Counted from the stretch's first letter, positions 13,346 to 26,504 are shown. The stretch is 64,000 nucleotides of DNA from Eledone cirrhosa (GCA_964016885.1 OZ024755.1:21142001-21206000), one strand, 5' to 3'. The notes: generated from the sequence alone by a model not told the origin. Numbers and translations are program-made.

Positions 13346-13721
13346 CAGCTGTATGCCCTTCCTAATGTCAACGACATGAACAGTTCTGTGTGAGAAAGAC
13401 ACAGTCACCAGATCTGACTTGTCCCACAGTGGGAAAACCCATCTAACCCATGCTAGCATGGAAAATGGACGTTAAATGGTGATGGTGATAATGATGAGAT
13501 AATTCCAAGATCTAAATGAGGAATTTCATAGTCTCTAAGTTAAGTGATCAGTCAATGGAACTAGTTTTAAGAAAAATTCTTTTGAATATTTCCACATTTA
13601 ATGTTGTTCTTTTTTTCTCTTTTTCTCCCTTTTATTTCTTGTAGCGACATTTGTCTGAATTTTTATATCATCATACTTTAACCCTTTTGATAATAACTTG
13701 TCCAAAACCAACTCTAGTTTT

Positions 13722-13945
13722 ATAACCCTTTAGCATTTACATTAATCTATATTTACTTTTGTATTTTCATGGGGTAAACACTTTATTCAGATAATTATCT
13801 CACATAATATGAAATCTACAAGATTTTGATATTATTTATTTTGAAAACAATACCTTAACATGAGTGACCAGTTATGGCCAGTTTGATCAAAAAGAGGTGA
13901 GAGGATTCTGGCTGGATACAGCCAGTTTAAATGCTAAAGGGTTAA
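13722..13945. mobile_element. piggyBac-like MITE (family A), apparently nested in a family B copy
   Basis: taaccctttagcattt ... aaatgctaaagggttaa; other copies near 36004, 55381, 58078. Confidence 0.75.
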
Positions 13946-14035
13946 ATGAAGCCATCCACTTTAAAGGGTCCCTCTTTAAATTAAAATCTTCCAACATAAT
14001 TTGATATAAAAAAAAAACCCATAAGCTACCTTAAT

Positions 14036-14245
14036 AATATGGTTTCTGATTTAGGCACAAGATCAACAATTTTGGGGGAAGGGAAAGTCGGTTAAATTGA
14101 CCAAAGTATGTTACTGTATGTTATTGTATCGACTTCATAGGGATTAAAGGCAAAGCTAACCTTGGCAGGATTTGAACTCGGACATTTAAGAGCCATAACT
14201 CTATACTGTGAAGTGGGGTGTCCAACGCTCTACCGATACTGCCAT
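14036..14245 (-). mobile_element. Meta-domain tRNA SINE
   Basis: Reverse complement of the family consensus (ggcacaag...ggatttgaactc...ctaccgatactgcc). Confidence 0.75.
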
Positions 14246-15284
14246 TATATTATAATAAGAGCAATGTCTATCTGTCCCTCCATCCATCACACTCACTCTT
14301 TATATAGAGGGGGGGGGGGGGTGCCAAGTGAGAGATATGTGCATAGAGAGAGAGAGAGAAAAGGAATGTCATTTGTTTAGAAAGAGAGAGTGTGTGTGTG
14401 ACAGAAAGAGAGAAGACAACATTGCCCTCATCTTATAATAATAATAATAATAAATACCTGAACTAAAAATATATTTACTTTGATTTATATCTATATATTT
14501 TCATCATTAGCAATGTTCTTTATGAGCACTTTAGAAATGTATCTAACTATAATTTATTTTTGTTTAAAGAAAGATATCTTATAACATATAATCTCAATTA
14601 TCATATGTAATAATCCAAATTGGTATTATGACAAGAAAATTATGACCAAGAGAGTTGATTTGTTCAAATCTTCTTCTAAAAGCTTGCTTTTCATCTAGAA
14701 TAGTGTTTCAGACATTTAGACAGGTGTGATTTATTGTTGATTTCTTTAGATATGATATCAAGATTAAGAAGTTATGAGAAGTGTAGATAAGAGCAGTAAC
14801 GTCCATGTCTTTTCCCAAAGGCATCATTAGCAACGTAAGGGACGTGAAATAATTATAGGAAGGAATCAATGCCTGGCTTTCTGTGAAGTTACCTTTTACT
14901 CTACAACAATTACAACACACACACACACACTTATATGTATGTATGTATGTGTGTATATATATTTCAATGAAAATAGAAGGCCAGAATATATATATATATA
15001 GATAACCCATGCAAGCATGGAAAATAGATGTTAAATGATGTCCACGCTGTAATGTGGCCGTGTAGGTAACATGGTAAAAAGTTCCCAGTTCCACACTGTA
15101 AATGTGGTTGGTGTTAGGGAGGGCATCCAGCCGTAGAAAACCTGCCAGATAGTCCTATATGAGTGAGACACAGTCACCCGACCAACCTTGCCTCAAGTGG
15201 GACAACTCCCGTCTAACCCATGCTAGCGTTGAAGATGGACGTTAAACGATGATGATGATGATGATGATATATATATATATATAT

Positions 15285-15467
15285 CAGAAAAAAAGAGAAT
15301 CAGTGTTGTGACAAATGGAATTTATTGGACATATTACAATCGTTTCTCTGGCAACCAACTTGAGGCACGATCGATGAGAAGATCGTGCCTCAAGCTGTCG
15401 CCAGAGAAACGATTGTAATATGTCCAATAAATTCCATTCGTCGCAACACTGATTCTCTTTTTTTCTG
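15285..15467. repeat. Near-perfect hairpin, arms about 88 bp, 8-nt loop
   Basis: cagaaaaaaagagaatcagtgttg...gaggcacgatc [gatgagaa] gatcgtgcctc...caacactgattctctttttttctg. Confidence 0.9.
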
Positions 15468-15486
15468 TGATATCATACTTTGCTCC

Positions 15487-15748
15487 ACAGCTGGATGCCC
15501 TTCCTAACACCAACCTCATTTTACAGTGAGTGCTGGGTGCTTTTTTGCCATGGCACCTCCACGACCACTTTGCAGTGGAATGATATGGACCCCAGTCCCA
15601 ATCATCTCATTTCTACAGCTGAGTAAACTGGAGCAATGTGAAATAAAGTGTCTGTCTCAAGGAAACAACACATCACCCAGTCTGAGAATTGAACTCACAA
15701 CGTTTTGATTGCAAGCCCAATGCTCTAACCACTAAGCCATGTGCCTCC

Positions 15749-15749
<1 letters not shown>
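15487..15749 (-). mobile_element. tRNA-CORE SINE with RTE tail, tail end missing
   Basis: Head ggaggcacatggcttagtggttagagc; matches 52221-52560. Confidence 0.85.
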
Positions 15750-15786
<37 letters not shown>

Positions 15787-15862
15787 TGTGGACCTAATCT
15801 GTTCTGGAATACAGAATACAAATCTATGTAGGAGGATGGCTAATTTAAAGAAATATGTGTAT

Positions 15863-16022
<160 letters not shown>

Positions 16023-16236
16023 AAGTAGTATTGGTGGCAGTAATTTTGTTGATATATCACAGATGAGGCTCAGCCAGTCAATTCTGGAGAATGAAAAATG
16101 TTCAGGGGAATAATCAACCAAAATAGAGTGAAAACAACCAGGTGGTGCAGTGAAAGATTGTAGCGATATATAAACATATATATATATACACACATATATA
16201 TATATATGTGTGTGCGTGTGTGTGTACCCCACCATA

Positions 16237-18074
16237 TCATCATCATCATCATCATCACCGTATTACGTCCGTTCTTCCATGCTAGCATGGGTTAGATGGG
16301 TTGTCCTGTTGTGGGCAGTGTCTGGTCAGCTGACCATGCCTTGCTCATACAGGAACTGATTTTGGCTTGATTTCTACAGCTGGATGCCCTTCCTAACACC
16401 AACCTCATTTACAGTGAGTGTCGGGTGCTTTTTTCCGTGGCGCCTTCACGTCCACTTTACAGTGTGGTCATCTGCATGCAGGAGTTCCCATGGGCATCCG
16501 GTCTTAAACTCCTCCGTTATTGCCTGCAGGACTATGATGAACAGGAGAGGGCTAAGAACAGAGCCCTGGTGGACACCAACCTGTACGCTAAATTCCTCGC
16601 TATACTCATTGCTAATCCTAACTTTGCTGACTGCTCCTCTATACATGGCTTGTACAGCTTTCACAAGCCATTCATTTACTCCTAGTTTTCTAAGAGCCCA
16701 CCAGATTATAGCACGTGGAACTCTGTCAAAGGCTTTCTCGAGATCGACGAATGCCAGGTAGAGTGGCTTACTTTTAGCTAGGTACTTTTCCTGTAACTGC
16801 CTCACAAGGAAGAGGGCATCAGTGGTGCCTCTTCCTGGTACAAACCCAAATTGCATCTCATCTAGTTTCACCCGGTCCCTAATCAACTGTGCTATAACTC
16901 TTTCTGTTACTTTCATGACCTGGTCCATCAGCTTTATACCTCTATAGTTTCCTCTATCTAGTGCATCACCTTTACCTTTGTAGCAGTTGACAATGATGCT
17001 ACTGCACCAATCTTTTGGTATGTCACCTTCTAGTATTACCTGGTTAACAATACGTGTGGTTATAGTGTGACTTACAGACCCAGATGCCTTCAGCATCTCG
17101 GCAGCTATACCCGATGGACCGGTTGCCTTCCCCATCTTCATATCTTTGATTACCTTACTTACTATGCTGCTGCTGACTTGTACTGCTGGCCCCTCTATAG
17201 GGTCTATTTGGGGTAGGGTCTCTTCTTCCCATGCATTCTCCTCATTTAGTAATCTATCATAATGGCTCTTCCATGCATCTTTCTTCTCAGCACTTATGAG
17301 GGCAAGCTCACCTTTATCATTCCGGATGCACTTCTCTCCAATGACATCACAATTCTCTCTTACACACTACCTCGCAATCCTGAACACCTCCTGTTTCTGG
17401 TCCTCACGTTGCAAAACATGCTTGAAGTTTTTATACTCTGCTTCCCTCCTAGCTAAGTATACTTGACGCCTAGCTTCCCTCTTGGTCTCTATGTAATGTA
17501 CCCTGCTTCCCCCATTCTTCCATTCTTTCCATGCCTGTCTCTTGGCCTTAACTGCCTCATCTACCTTATTGTTCCACCACCACGTCACTCTCCTCCTGCT
17601 TGTAGTCTTACTCCAGCCACAGATCTCATCCGTCGCCTCTAGTAAGTTATTTTTTAGGAACTCCCAGTGCTCTTCTACATTGAATGTCTCTATCTGTTCT
17701 TCTTTACTGTCGTAGGCGTTGAGTAAAATATCTTTAAATCTGTTACTGGCTGAGGGGTCTTTCAGCTTCCAGATCTTTCTTCTCCAGGTTGGCCTGTTTC
17801 CAGGTTCGTCTAGTTCTGACCGTGAGGTCGCTGACAACTAAGCTATGTTGGGAGGTACATTTCTCACTAGGGAAGGCTTTTGTGTTTACGACCGTCCATC
17901 TGTCATGTCCTCTGATGAGGATAAAATCTATCTGACTAGAATGCTCCCCTGATCTATAGGTGATCAAGTGGTTGTCGGGTTTTTTTAAGTTTGTGTTACA
18001 TATCGACATGTCATTGGCGTCACAGAATTCTAGAAGTCTGAATCCTTCTTCATTTCTTGTGCCAACCCCATAGC

Positions 18075-18076
<2 letters not shown>
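16237..18076 (-). mobile_element. RTE-clade LINE, 5' truncated and internally deleted (partial endonuclease and RT)
   Basis: ORFs 17743-18171 (SQIDFIL..SQHSLV), 17367-17837 and 16446-17141 (NYRGIKL, QFGFVPGR, FVDLEKAFDRV, GVHQGSVLSPLLF, HADD); 3' UTR and (GAT)n tail. Confidence 0.95.
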
Positions 18077-18140
<64 letters not shown>

Positions 18141-18149
18141 CATATATAT

Positions 18150-18186
<37 letters not shown>

Positions 18187-18420
18187 AACTTGGGTAGTTT
18201 CTATGCATTCTATTGCTATTGATAATTTTCTAATATTTTATTGCCATAACGTTTCATTGTTAAGTGAGAAAGTATGTAATATAATGTAATGTAATGATGA
18301 GCTTTTGGTGGGTTCACCATTCATCATCAGCATTACCACCATCATCATCACCATCAACATCCCCACTACCGTCATCACTGTATATACTTTATTCCTCTTT
18401 ATAGTTCACTGTTATTCTAG

Positions 18421-18499
18421 TGAGAGCATCTTACAAAGTGAATATGCTTTGCTAAAGAAATCTAAGATTGAAACACGTTTCTTACTTTCACTAAGTTGA
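18421..18499 (+). CDS. Candidate terminal exon (phase 2 reads ESILQSEYALLKKSKIETRFLLSLS*)
   Basis: Acceptor ttcactgttattctag, non-repetitive open frame to TGA, AATAAA near 19008; protein not recognised. Confidence 0.3.
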
Positions 18500-19269
18500 T
18501 ATAGAGACAACATACAATGAGCCCCAAAAATATATTATCTCTGACTATAAGCATTCTTTCCCTTGCTTTCTTCTCATGATCTGACCCCCCCCCCCCCCCA
18601 ACACACACACCTACCCAAAGGGAGTTTTGGTTTTGAAATTGCAAGAATATGTTGATTGAAGTTAAGTTTTTTTCTGCTTTGCCATGCCATATTCAGAATG
18701 TGGGATTGTCACTCAGTTTGTATTCTTTGGTGTCTTTATTCAACTAGGACCAAGTTTCTAGTCTGAGAATAGCAACATCTTCCTCAGAATTCTTCCCCCA
18801 ACACCAAAGAACTTCCAGAAAGGTCATAGTTTTTTTTTTGCTTTTTAGTTTATATAATTTGGGTTATATCCTCTGTATCATCATCATCATCATCATTAAA
18901 TAATCTTAATAATAATAACAGCAGCAACAATTTTAGAATATAAATATTAAAAAAATATTAAATATGCTTTCACATACTGATAAATGCGTTTGCTGCATGG
19001 CATTCTTAATAAATCTATTTAGTAAAAAAAATCTGTCAGATCTGCTGCCTGTAGCTGTACAATATCATCTGTTTACTGAGTTTAACTTTACACTAACTTT
19101 AGGAAGTCGTTTAATTGGATATATTTGACAGTGGCAATTGAGCAGAGTCATTATAGCATCAGATTAAACATCTTGGTATTTGTTCCAGCTCACTTCTCTT
19201 TATGGATGTCAGCTTTGCCTTTCATCCTTTTGGGATTGATAAATACTATATGAGTTTGAAGGGTAATGA

Positions 19270-19540
19270 ATTGGCAGTTTTTTTTTAAAGAGTTGGACCT
19301 CAAGGGCAGTGGACTGGCAGGTTTTTAAAAGAATTGGACTTCAGGGGCAGTGGACTGGCAGGTTTTTAAAAGAATTGGACTTTAGGGGCAGTGGACTGGC
19401 AGGTTTTTAAAAGAATTGGACTTCAGGGGCAGTGGACTGGCAGGTTTTTAAAAGAGTTGGGCATCAAGAGCAGTGGACTGGCAGGATTTTAAGAGTTGTC
19501 ATCAAGAGCAATGGATTGACAATTTTTTAAGAGTTGGACA
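19270..19540. repeat. 41 bp minisatellite, about 6 copies, resembling the Meta-SINE head
   Basis: Unit gtttttaaaagaattggacttcaggggcagtggactggcag. Confidence 0.8.
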
Positions 19541-19715
19541 GGATGTTTTCTGATCCTGATCCAATTCTGTGTATTCTAAGCTCAAATCTTGCCTGAAGGA
19601 CACATTGGGCAATGTTCCAAATCCTAGCTTGATAATGAAAAGAGTTACTTATTACTAAATCCCTACACATGGAAGAAATATATTAGTTTAACGCTTGAAA
19701 TAGCAGGAAGAGAGT

Positions 19716-19750
19716 CTTAACATTTTTGGACACTAGTCCTTCATCAGAAG
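19716..19750 (-). ncRNA. Decayed hammerhead-like motif, same family as 28678-28713
   Basis: Minus strand reads CTT-CTGATGA-A-GGAC(TAGT)GTCC-AAAAATGTT-AAG; the GAAA box is mutated. Confidence 0.5.
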
Positions 19751-19917
19751 ATAGAGTTAGAAATAGAAGATAAATAGAAAGTAAAGAGTGATGAGAAGAA
19801 GGAACTGAGAAGATGAGAAAAAAATTGAGGAGAAACAAAAACATATGCGTATTCAGTCATGTGTTGAAGCCAGACTGGTCAGGTGACTAGGTCCTTCTCA
19901 TACACTTTGTTTTGGTT

Positions 19918-21011
19918 TGGTTTCTACAGCTGGGTGTCCTTCCTAACACCAACCACTTTACAGTGTGTACTGTGAATATGGTTTCTACAGCTGGATGTCT
20001 TTCCTAACACCAACCACTTTACAGTGTGTACTGTGAGTATGGTTTCTACAGCTGGATGTCTTTCCTAACACCAACCACTTTACAGAGTGTACTGGGAACC
20101 TAGTTTCTACAGCTGGATGTCCTTCCTAACACCAACCACTTTACAGAGTGTACTGGGAGCCTAGTTTCTACAGCTGGATGTCCTTCCTAACACCAACCAC
20201 TTTACAGTGTGTACTGTGAGTATGGTTTCTACAGCTGGATGTCTTTCCTAACACCAACCACTTTACAGTGTGTACTGTGAGTATGGTTTCTACAGCTGGA
20301 TGTCCTTCCTAACACCAACCACTTTACAGAGTGTACTGGGAGCCTAGTTTCTACAGCTGGATGTCCTTCCTAACACCAACCACTTTACAGAGTGTACTGG
20401 GAGCCTAGTTTCTACAGCTGGATGTCCTTCCTAACACCAACCACTTTACAGTGTGTACTGTGAATATGGTTTCTACAGCTGGATGTCTTTCCTAACACCA
20501 ACCACTTTACAGTGTGTACTGTGAGTATGGTTTCTACAGCTGGATGTCTTTCCTAACACCAACCACTTTACAGTGTGTACTGTGAGTATGGTTTCTACAG
20601 CTGGATGTCTTTCCTAACACCAACCACTTTACAGAGTGTACTGGGAGCCTAGTTTCTACAGCTGGATGTCCTTCCTAACACCAACCACTTTACAGTGTGT
20701 ACTGTGAGTATGGTTTCTACAGCTGGATGTCTTTCCTAACACCAACCACTTTACAGAGTGTACTAGGAGCCTAGTTTCTACAGCTGGATGTCTTTCCTAA
20801 CACCAACCACTTTACAGAGTGTACTGGGAGTATGGTTTCTACAGCTGGATGTCTTTCCTAACACCAACCACTTTACAGAGTGTACTGGGAGCCTAGTTTC
20901 TACAGCTGGATGTCTTTCCTAACACCAACCACTTTACAGAGTGTACTGGGAGCCTAGTTTCTACAGCTGGATGTCCTTCCTAACACCAACCACTTTACAG
21001 TGTGTACTGGG
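19918..21011. repeat. 61 bp minisatellite, about 18 copies, derived from the RTE/SINE tail
   Basis: Unit gtttctacagctggatgtctttcctaacaccaaccactttacagtgtgtactgtgagtatg with two interleaved variants. Confidence 0.95.
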
Positions 21012-21254
21012 TATATAGGTGGAAAAATGGACATTAAATGGTGATAACGATGATGATGATTATGATAAATTTCTTTGATTGGCTCTCTATAGTATATACT
21101 TCCACACCTATTATGCTTAACATTATCTTAGTGCTACAGCCAATTACATACACACACACACACACACATAGACTCACACCACACATACATATATTCATAC
21201 ACATACAGACATATATTCACACACACATACATACATACTATATATATATAGTAT

Positions 21255-21286
<32 letters not shown>

Positions 21287-21502
21287 ACTACTAACTGAAA
21301 GTAGTCATTTCAATAACCCCAGCCAGCTAATATGACCATATTGCCAAGTCTACGAGTATATTACCATTTGCTACTATATTACCATATTTTCAGCTCTATC
21401 TAAATAGAGGATACTGATTTGTGCACCGATTCAATCTTTTCTGTTATATTATATAACCACACTCAACTCTATCATCTCAACTATCACCTATTTCTGGAAT
21501 GG

Positions 21503-21696
21503 TAATTGTTTCTACATTTTGGCACAAGGCCAGCAATTATCCCAGTGCATTACTGGTACTTTATTTTATCGACCCCCGTAAGAATGAAAGGCAAAGTTAA
21601 CCTCGGCGGGATTTGAACTCAGAATGGCAAGGGATGTAACTCTATGCGTCAAAGCATAGCGTCCGACCCTCTACCGATACTGCCAATCCACAGCCC
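21503..21696 (-). mobile_element. Meta-domain tRNA SINE, full length
   Basis: Reverse complement of the consensus seen at 62132-62313. Confidence 0.85.
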
Positions 21697-21744
21697 TTTC
21701 TGGAATAATAATATCTGCTTACTAGTTAATTTGTGGAAAGACAC

Positions 21745-21996
21745 TGCATGGCCTAGTGATTAGGGTGCTTAGCTCACAATTGGAGGTGCATGAGTTCAAT
21801 TCCTGGTCGCATGATTGTGTCCTTGAGCAAGACATTTTATTTCATGTCGCTCTCATCCATTCACGTGTAAAAATATTTAAAAAATGGTTAGGGTGCTTAG
21901 CTTACAATCGTAAGGGTGTGAGTTCGATTCCAGGTAATGTGTTGTGCCCTTGAGCAAGACACTTTATTTTATGTTACTTTCTTCCACTCACCTGTA
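21745..21996 (+). mobile_element. Two tandem tRNA-CORE SINE heads
   Basis: tggcctagtgattagggtg...gagttcaattcc...gtgtccttgagcaagacattttatttc present twice. Confidence 0.7.
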
Positions 21997-22819
21997 AAAA
22001 ATAAATAAAAAACAAACATGAGTTGTACTAATAGTTCTGCTATCATTTTGCATATGGTGAATGGTTTTTTTTATCCTATGTAATTCATGTAATTCAAAGA
22101 GCCGACCCTGACATACATTATGTTGCGCACTGAATCTCCCTGAGAATTTTATTTAGGGTACAGAACGTTCGTTTCTATGGAACGCTCAGTCACCTACACT
22201 ACCCCCACCCCTCATTCCCAGCACATTAATTTCCGTTGAATTAGATAGACAACTGAACCACGCGCTGACTCTCCCTGAGAATGTTCGTTTACGTTTAGGG
22301 TACACGACCTTCCTTCGTATCTAATGGAATGTCCAGCCAATTATTTCACTCCCTCGTCTCCCATCCCTCTTCCCACCAACAGAGCATGTTGATTTCCGTT
22401 GAATTAGTAAAACAACTGGACCACTCGTCGTCTGAAATGACGAAGGTCCAACAATAACAACAATAGATTATATTTTTACCTGTTTGCATTAGTACCATCA
22501 GACTTGCAGCATCTGAACTTTACTTGCCAAACACTCCCCCTCCTCCCCCACAGCAACGATGATTAAAATGCACTCTAACTATTAATGCCATGAAAGTTCC
22601 CCAGCACTTAAACTGTACCATAAATTCAATGCCAATCTCATTTTCTTCTATATATCTATAGTCTATCTATCTATCACCTTCTTTATCTATTTCATTTCTT
22701 CTTTCTTCCTATTATTTATCTATCTCTCCACTTAGTCTATCTGTTTCATTTGTCTATTCTGTGTGCCTAATTTATCTGTCTTTATCTATCTATCTATTTA
22801 TCTACCTGTCTGTCTATCT

Positions 22820-23056
22820 ATATCAGCCTGTAGGTTGAGGGAAAAGATGAAGGGAGTACTCACTCTTGGTGCTCCTGGAGATGAGGGTTGTACATTTTTT
22901 CGGGGTGTGTACAACCCCTGTGTAACACCTCCCCCTTATTGGGGATTTCAATTGTTATTTGTTATTGTATTAATAGTTTTATTTTCATATACCTGTATGT
23001 AAACTCCCCATTTGTATTTGTCTCCTTCTTTTGTGCCCTTGTGGCTAATAAAGAAA
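22820..23056 (+). mobile_element. Tx1/L1-like LINE 3' end in (TATC)n
   Basis: Homologous to the reverse complement of 55995-56245; ends gtggctaataaagaaa. Confidence 0.75.
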
Positions 23057-23077
23057 TTTATCTATCTACTATCTCTG

Positions 23078-23130
<53 letters not shown>

Positions 23131-23441
23131 TATAGATTTTGTATGTTTACATGTTTAATCTCTGTATGTCTCTATTTCTCTCTGTCTATCTAGTTGCTTG
23201 TCTGTCTACCTACCTATCTATCTAGCTGTCTGTCTGTCTATGTCTACCTACCTATCTATATCTAGCTGTCTGTCTGTCTATTAGTCTATCCTTATCTATC
23301 TAGTTGCCTGTCTGTCTATTAGTCTATCCTTATCTATCTAGTTGCCTGTCTGTCTATTAGTCTATCCATATCTATCTAGCTGTCTGTTTGTCTACGTCTA
23401 CCTATCTGTCTGTCTATTAGTCTATATATATATATATATAT

Positions 23442-23630
23442 ATAGGAACGAGTAGGACCCCGACGGCTGAGCTCAAGCCGTTTCGACGGCTAATTCTGGA
23501 CTTAGCCGTCGAAACGGCTTAAGCTCAGCCGTCGGGGTCCTACTCGTTCCTATTACCCACTCTACTACCCTAAGTATTGAGTACTTTGGTGCGTTATGGT
23601 CCACCTGGTTCCTTACCACATTTCCTTCGT

Positions 23631-23632
<2 letters not shown>
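23442..23632. mobile_element. Hairpin-plus-tail repeat inserted in (TA)n
   Basis: Arms of about 52 bp (23442-23553) plus an 80-nt tail; second copy in the opposite orientation at 54641-54851. Confidence 0.8.
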
Positions 23633-23663
<31 letters not shown>

Positions 23664-24247
23664 CATTTGCCTCCTTCACGGAACCATGGTTCAACTAAAC
23701 ACTCTTGCGATATTAATACATTTTGAACTGCTTAACTTCAATGACTGTGCTTGTAAATAACTGTTTCTACTATTGGCACAAGGCCAGCAAAAATCCAGTA
23801 CATTACTGGTACTTTATTTTAAATAGCATTGACTTTTTACGTTCCACATTATGCACGGTTTTTTTTCATTTTTCTTTTTTCACTTCTTAAACCTTGTTTG
23901 TATATAACATTATTCTTTCTGCACCTTCTATTTAACATGTGCGACACCACACTAATACATTTCACTATCATTTGATAATGCATATAAATGCAGAAACCGG
24001 TAATAGACAATAATTAAATATATAAATAGATAAATAAATGCCATTGTTAAATAATAAATAAATAAACTAATACCTTAACACTTCACACAAAGTAAAACAT
24101 TTCGTTTTAATCATTTTCTAACCCAGAAAAAAGAGAGAGAGAAACACACAAAAAAGGAAAAAAAATATTTTTTTCTTCCTCATAATCGTCTCTTTCTCCG
24201 TTTTCATATATATATCCTAACTCGTGTGCCTCTTCTCCACATTTTAT

Positions 24248-24282
<35 letters not shown>

Positions 24283-24545
24283 AAAGTTTTATTTAAATTG
24301 TTGGGATACAACAAGCAAATATTTTTATAACTGATATAAAGCACTCAACAAGTATTTGGAGTAAACATACGATATTAACAAATGGAAACTATATTTATAA
24401 AACCATATTTATTTCAAGGACACCAAGTTAAATTATGGTGTGCTTTCATCAGACAAAATATAATATAGATCAGTTTTATAAATAAATATTGACATACCCT
24501 TAAAAAATGCAACCATTACTGTTGGAAGCTTCCGGATAGACAGAC

Positions 24546-24603
<58 letters not shown>

Positions 24604-26460
24604 GTCTGTCTAGCTATAGCTATCTATCCGTCCGTCTGTCTATCTATATGTTCCCATATCTATCAACCTCTCTGCTTACCTGTATAATCTATGTTTATGT
24701 GTGATTCTCTTTCCCGCTGCTTATCTATCTATTTCTTCAAGGGCTACTTGATTTCCTATATTTCCGTCTATGATTTTTCTATTTTCAACTATCACTCTTT
24801 CTTTATTTCTTTCTTTTTCCATTATTTATTCAGTCTTTCCTTCCTCTCACCACCCCTATCAGCCCCCCTCCCCTCCCTCTCTCTCCATATATATCGTTGT
24901 CTGTTTCGCTTTCTCTTATCCTATTGTTTTCTTTCCTCTCTCTTACCCTCTTTTAAACATGAAATCACACACACACATACGCACACACACACACACACAC
25001 CTCACACAAACACACACCTCATGCATACATACAAACGTGCGCGCACTCAAACACACATACATATACTCACACACTTATACACAAACACAAACATGCATAT
25101 AGACACAGGCCTCATTCAAACAAATACACACCTCGCACTTCATACATATAAACAAACACACACGCTCACATTCACACACATACACACACACACATACTCA
25201 CACACATATACATAGAAACACCCATACAGGAATCCAAAGAGAAAACCTGACTAAAAGGCTTGTACCGTTCAGTAATGAAGCTTCACAGCAGAAGAAAAAC
25301 GGTTGCACAGCAGGTCTCTCGTGGCTGAAATGGTGTACCACAACCGAGATAATACAACTCAAGCTGCCTTCGAATCGTGTTTTCTTCCTAGATGAGCCAG
25401 ATATTCAAGTAAGGAGAAAAAAATAATAACAACAAAACACACACACACATATATATATACATATATATATATATACATACACACACATATACTAGTCTAA
25501 CTAAACTTATAAGACCGTGAGACCTTTTTTCTGGGAGAGGGGGGGGGGCAGATTTTTTTTTACCTAACCTAGATGTTGAATGGCCGAGGGTTTTGTTTTA
25601 ATTAATTAATTAATTGATTTATTTATTTATGAACTTCCACTGTTAAATAACAAAGCACTGTCTGAGCTCTGTTGACCTCACCCTCGTCTCTCTTTTTCCT
25701 TTCTTACCGGAAGAATTTCTTCCACTGATATATATATATATATATGTATATGTATGTATGTATATGTGTGTGTGTTGGTGGTCGTATTGATTAATGCGGT
25801 AACGATATGCTTCATAAGCGTAAATCATTATGACTTATTTGCACCACCACCACCACCACCTTCTCTGTCTATCGTTGTTGTCTGTAGTTGCAGCTGCAGC
25901 AACTGTAGAATGAAATAACTTACCTGTCTCTTATGTTATCATATTATCTTATGTTGTGTTCTGTTAATATGTTGTGTTCTCTTATGTTGTTCTGTTATGA
26001 TACTATGTTGTATTGTGTTCGGTTAATATGCTGTTGTTCTGTTATGATATTGTGTTGTTATGTTATTATATAGTGTTGTGTTGTTGTTCTTTTATGATGT
26101 TAGGTTATGTTGCTCTGCTATTCTGTTATTTTATTCTCTTAATTTGTCTTCGTTGTGATATTATGTTGTGCTGTGTTCTGTTATGATATTCTGTTGTATT
26201 GTATTGTTTTGCTGTCGTGTCGTGTCGTGTTGTGTTGTGTTGTAATGTGACAGACATAGCGATGCTTCTTTCTTCTTTCTCAGACAGAATGTTAGGTTAA
26301 ATCTCAAATCACTACATTATACTAGACACACACACACATATATAAACCACCATCTATCTATTTCTCTCTTCCTGCTATTGTTTGTTTACGTTTTTCGTCT
26401 GTCTTCTGTGTTCTTCATTCTATATATTTCTGGGTTTTTTTGTTTGTTTGTGTGTCTGTC

Positions 26461-26504
<44 letters not shown>

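Noticed and set aside
14708-14901. Possible minus-strand terminal exon (VKGNFTESQALIP...)
   Set aside because: Weak acceptor, no recognisable protein, and no partner exons found
25915-25930. acttacctg resembling the U1 snRNA 5' end
   Set aside because: No U1 body follows; it is just the complement of a splice-donor consensus
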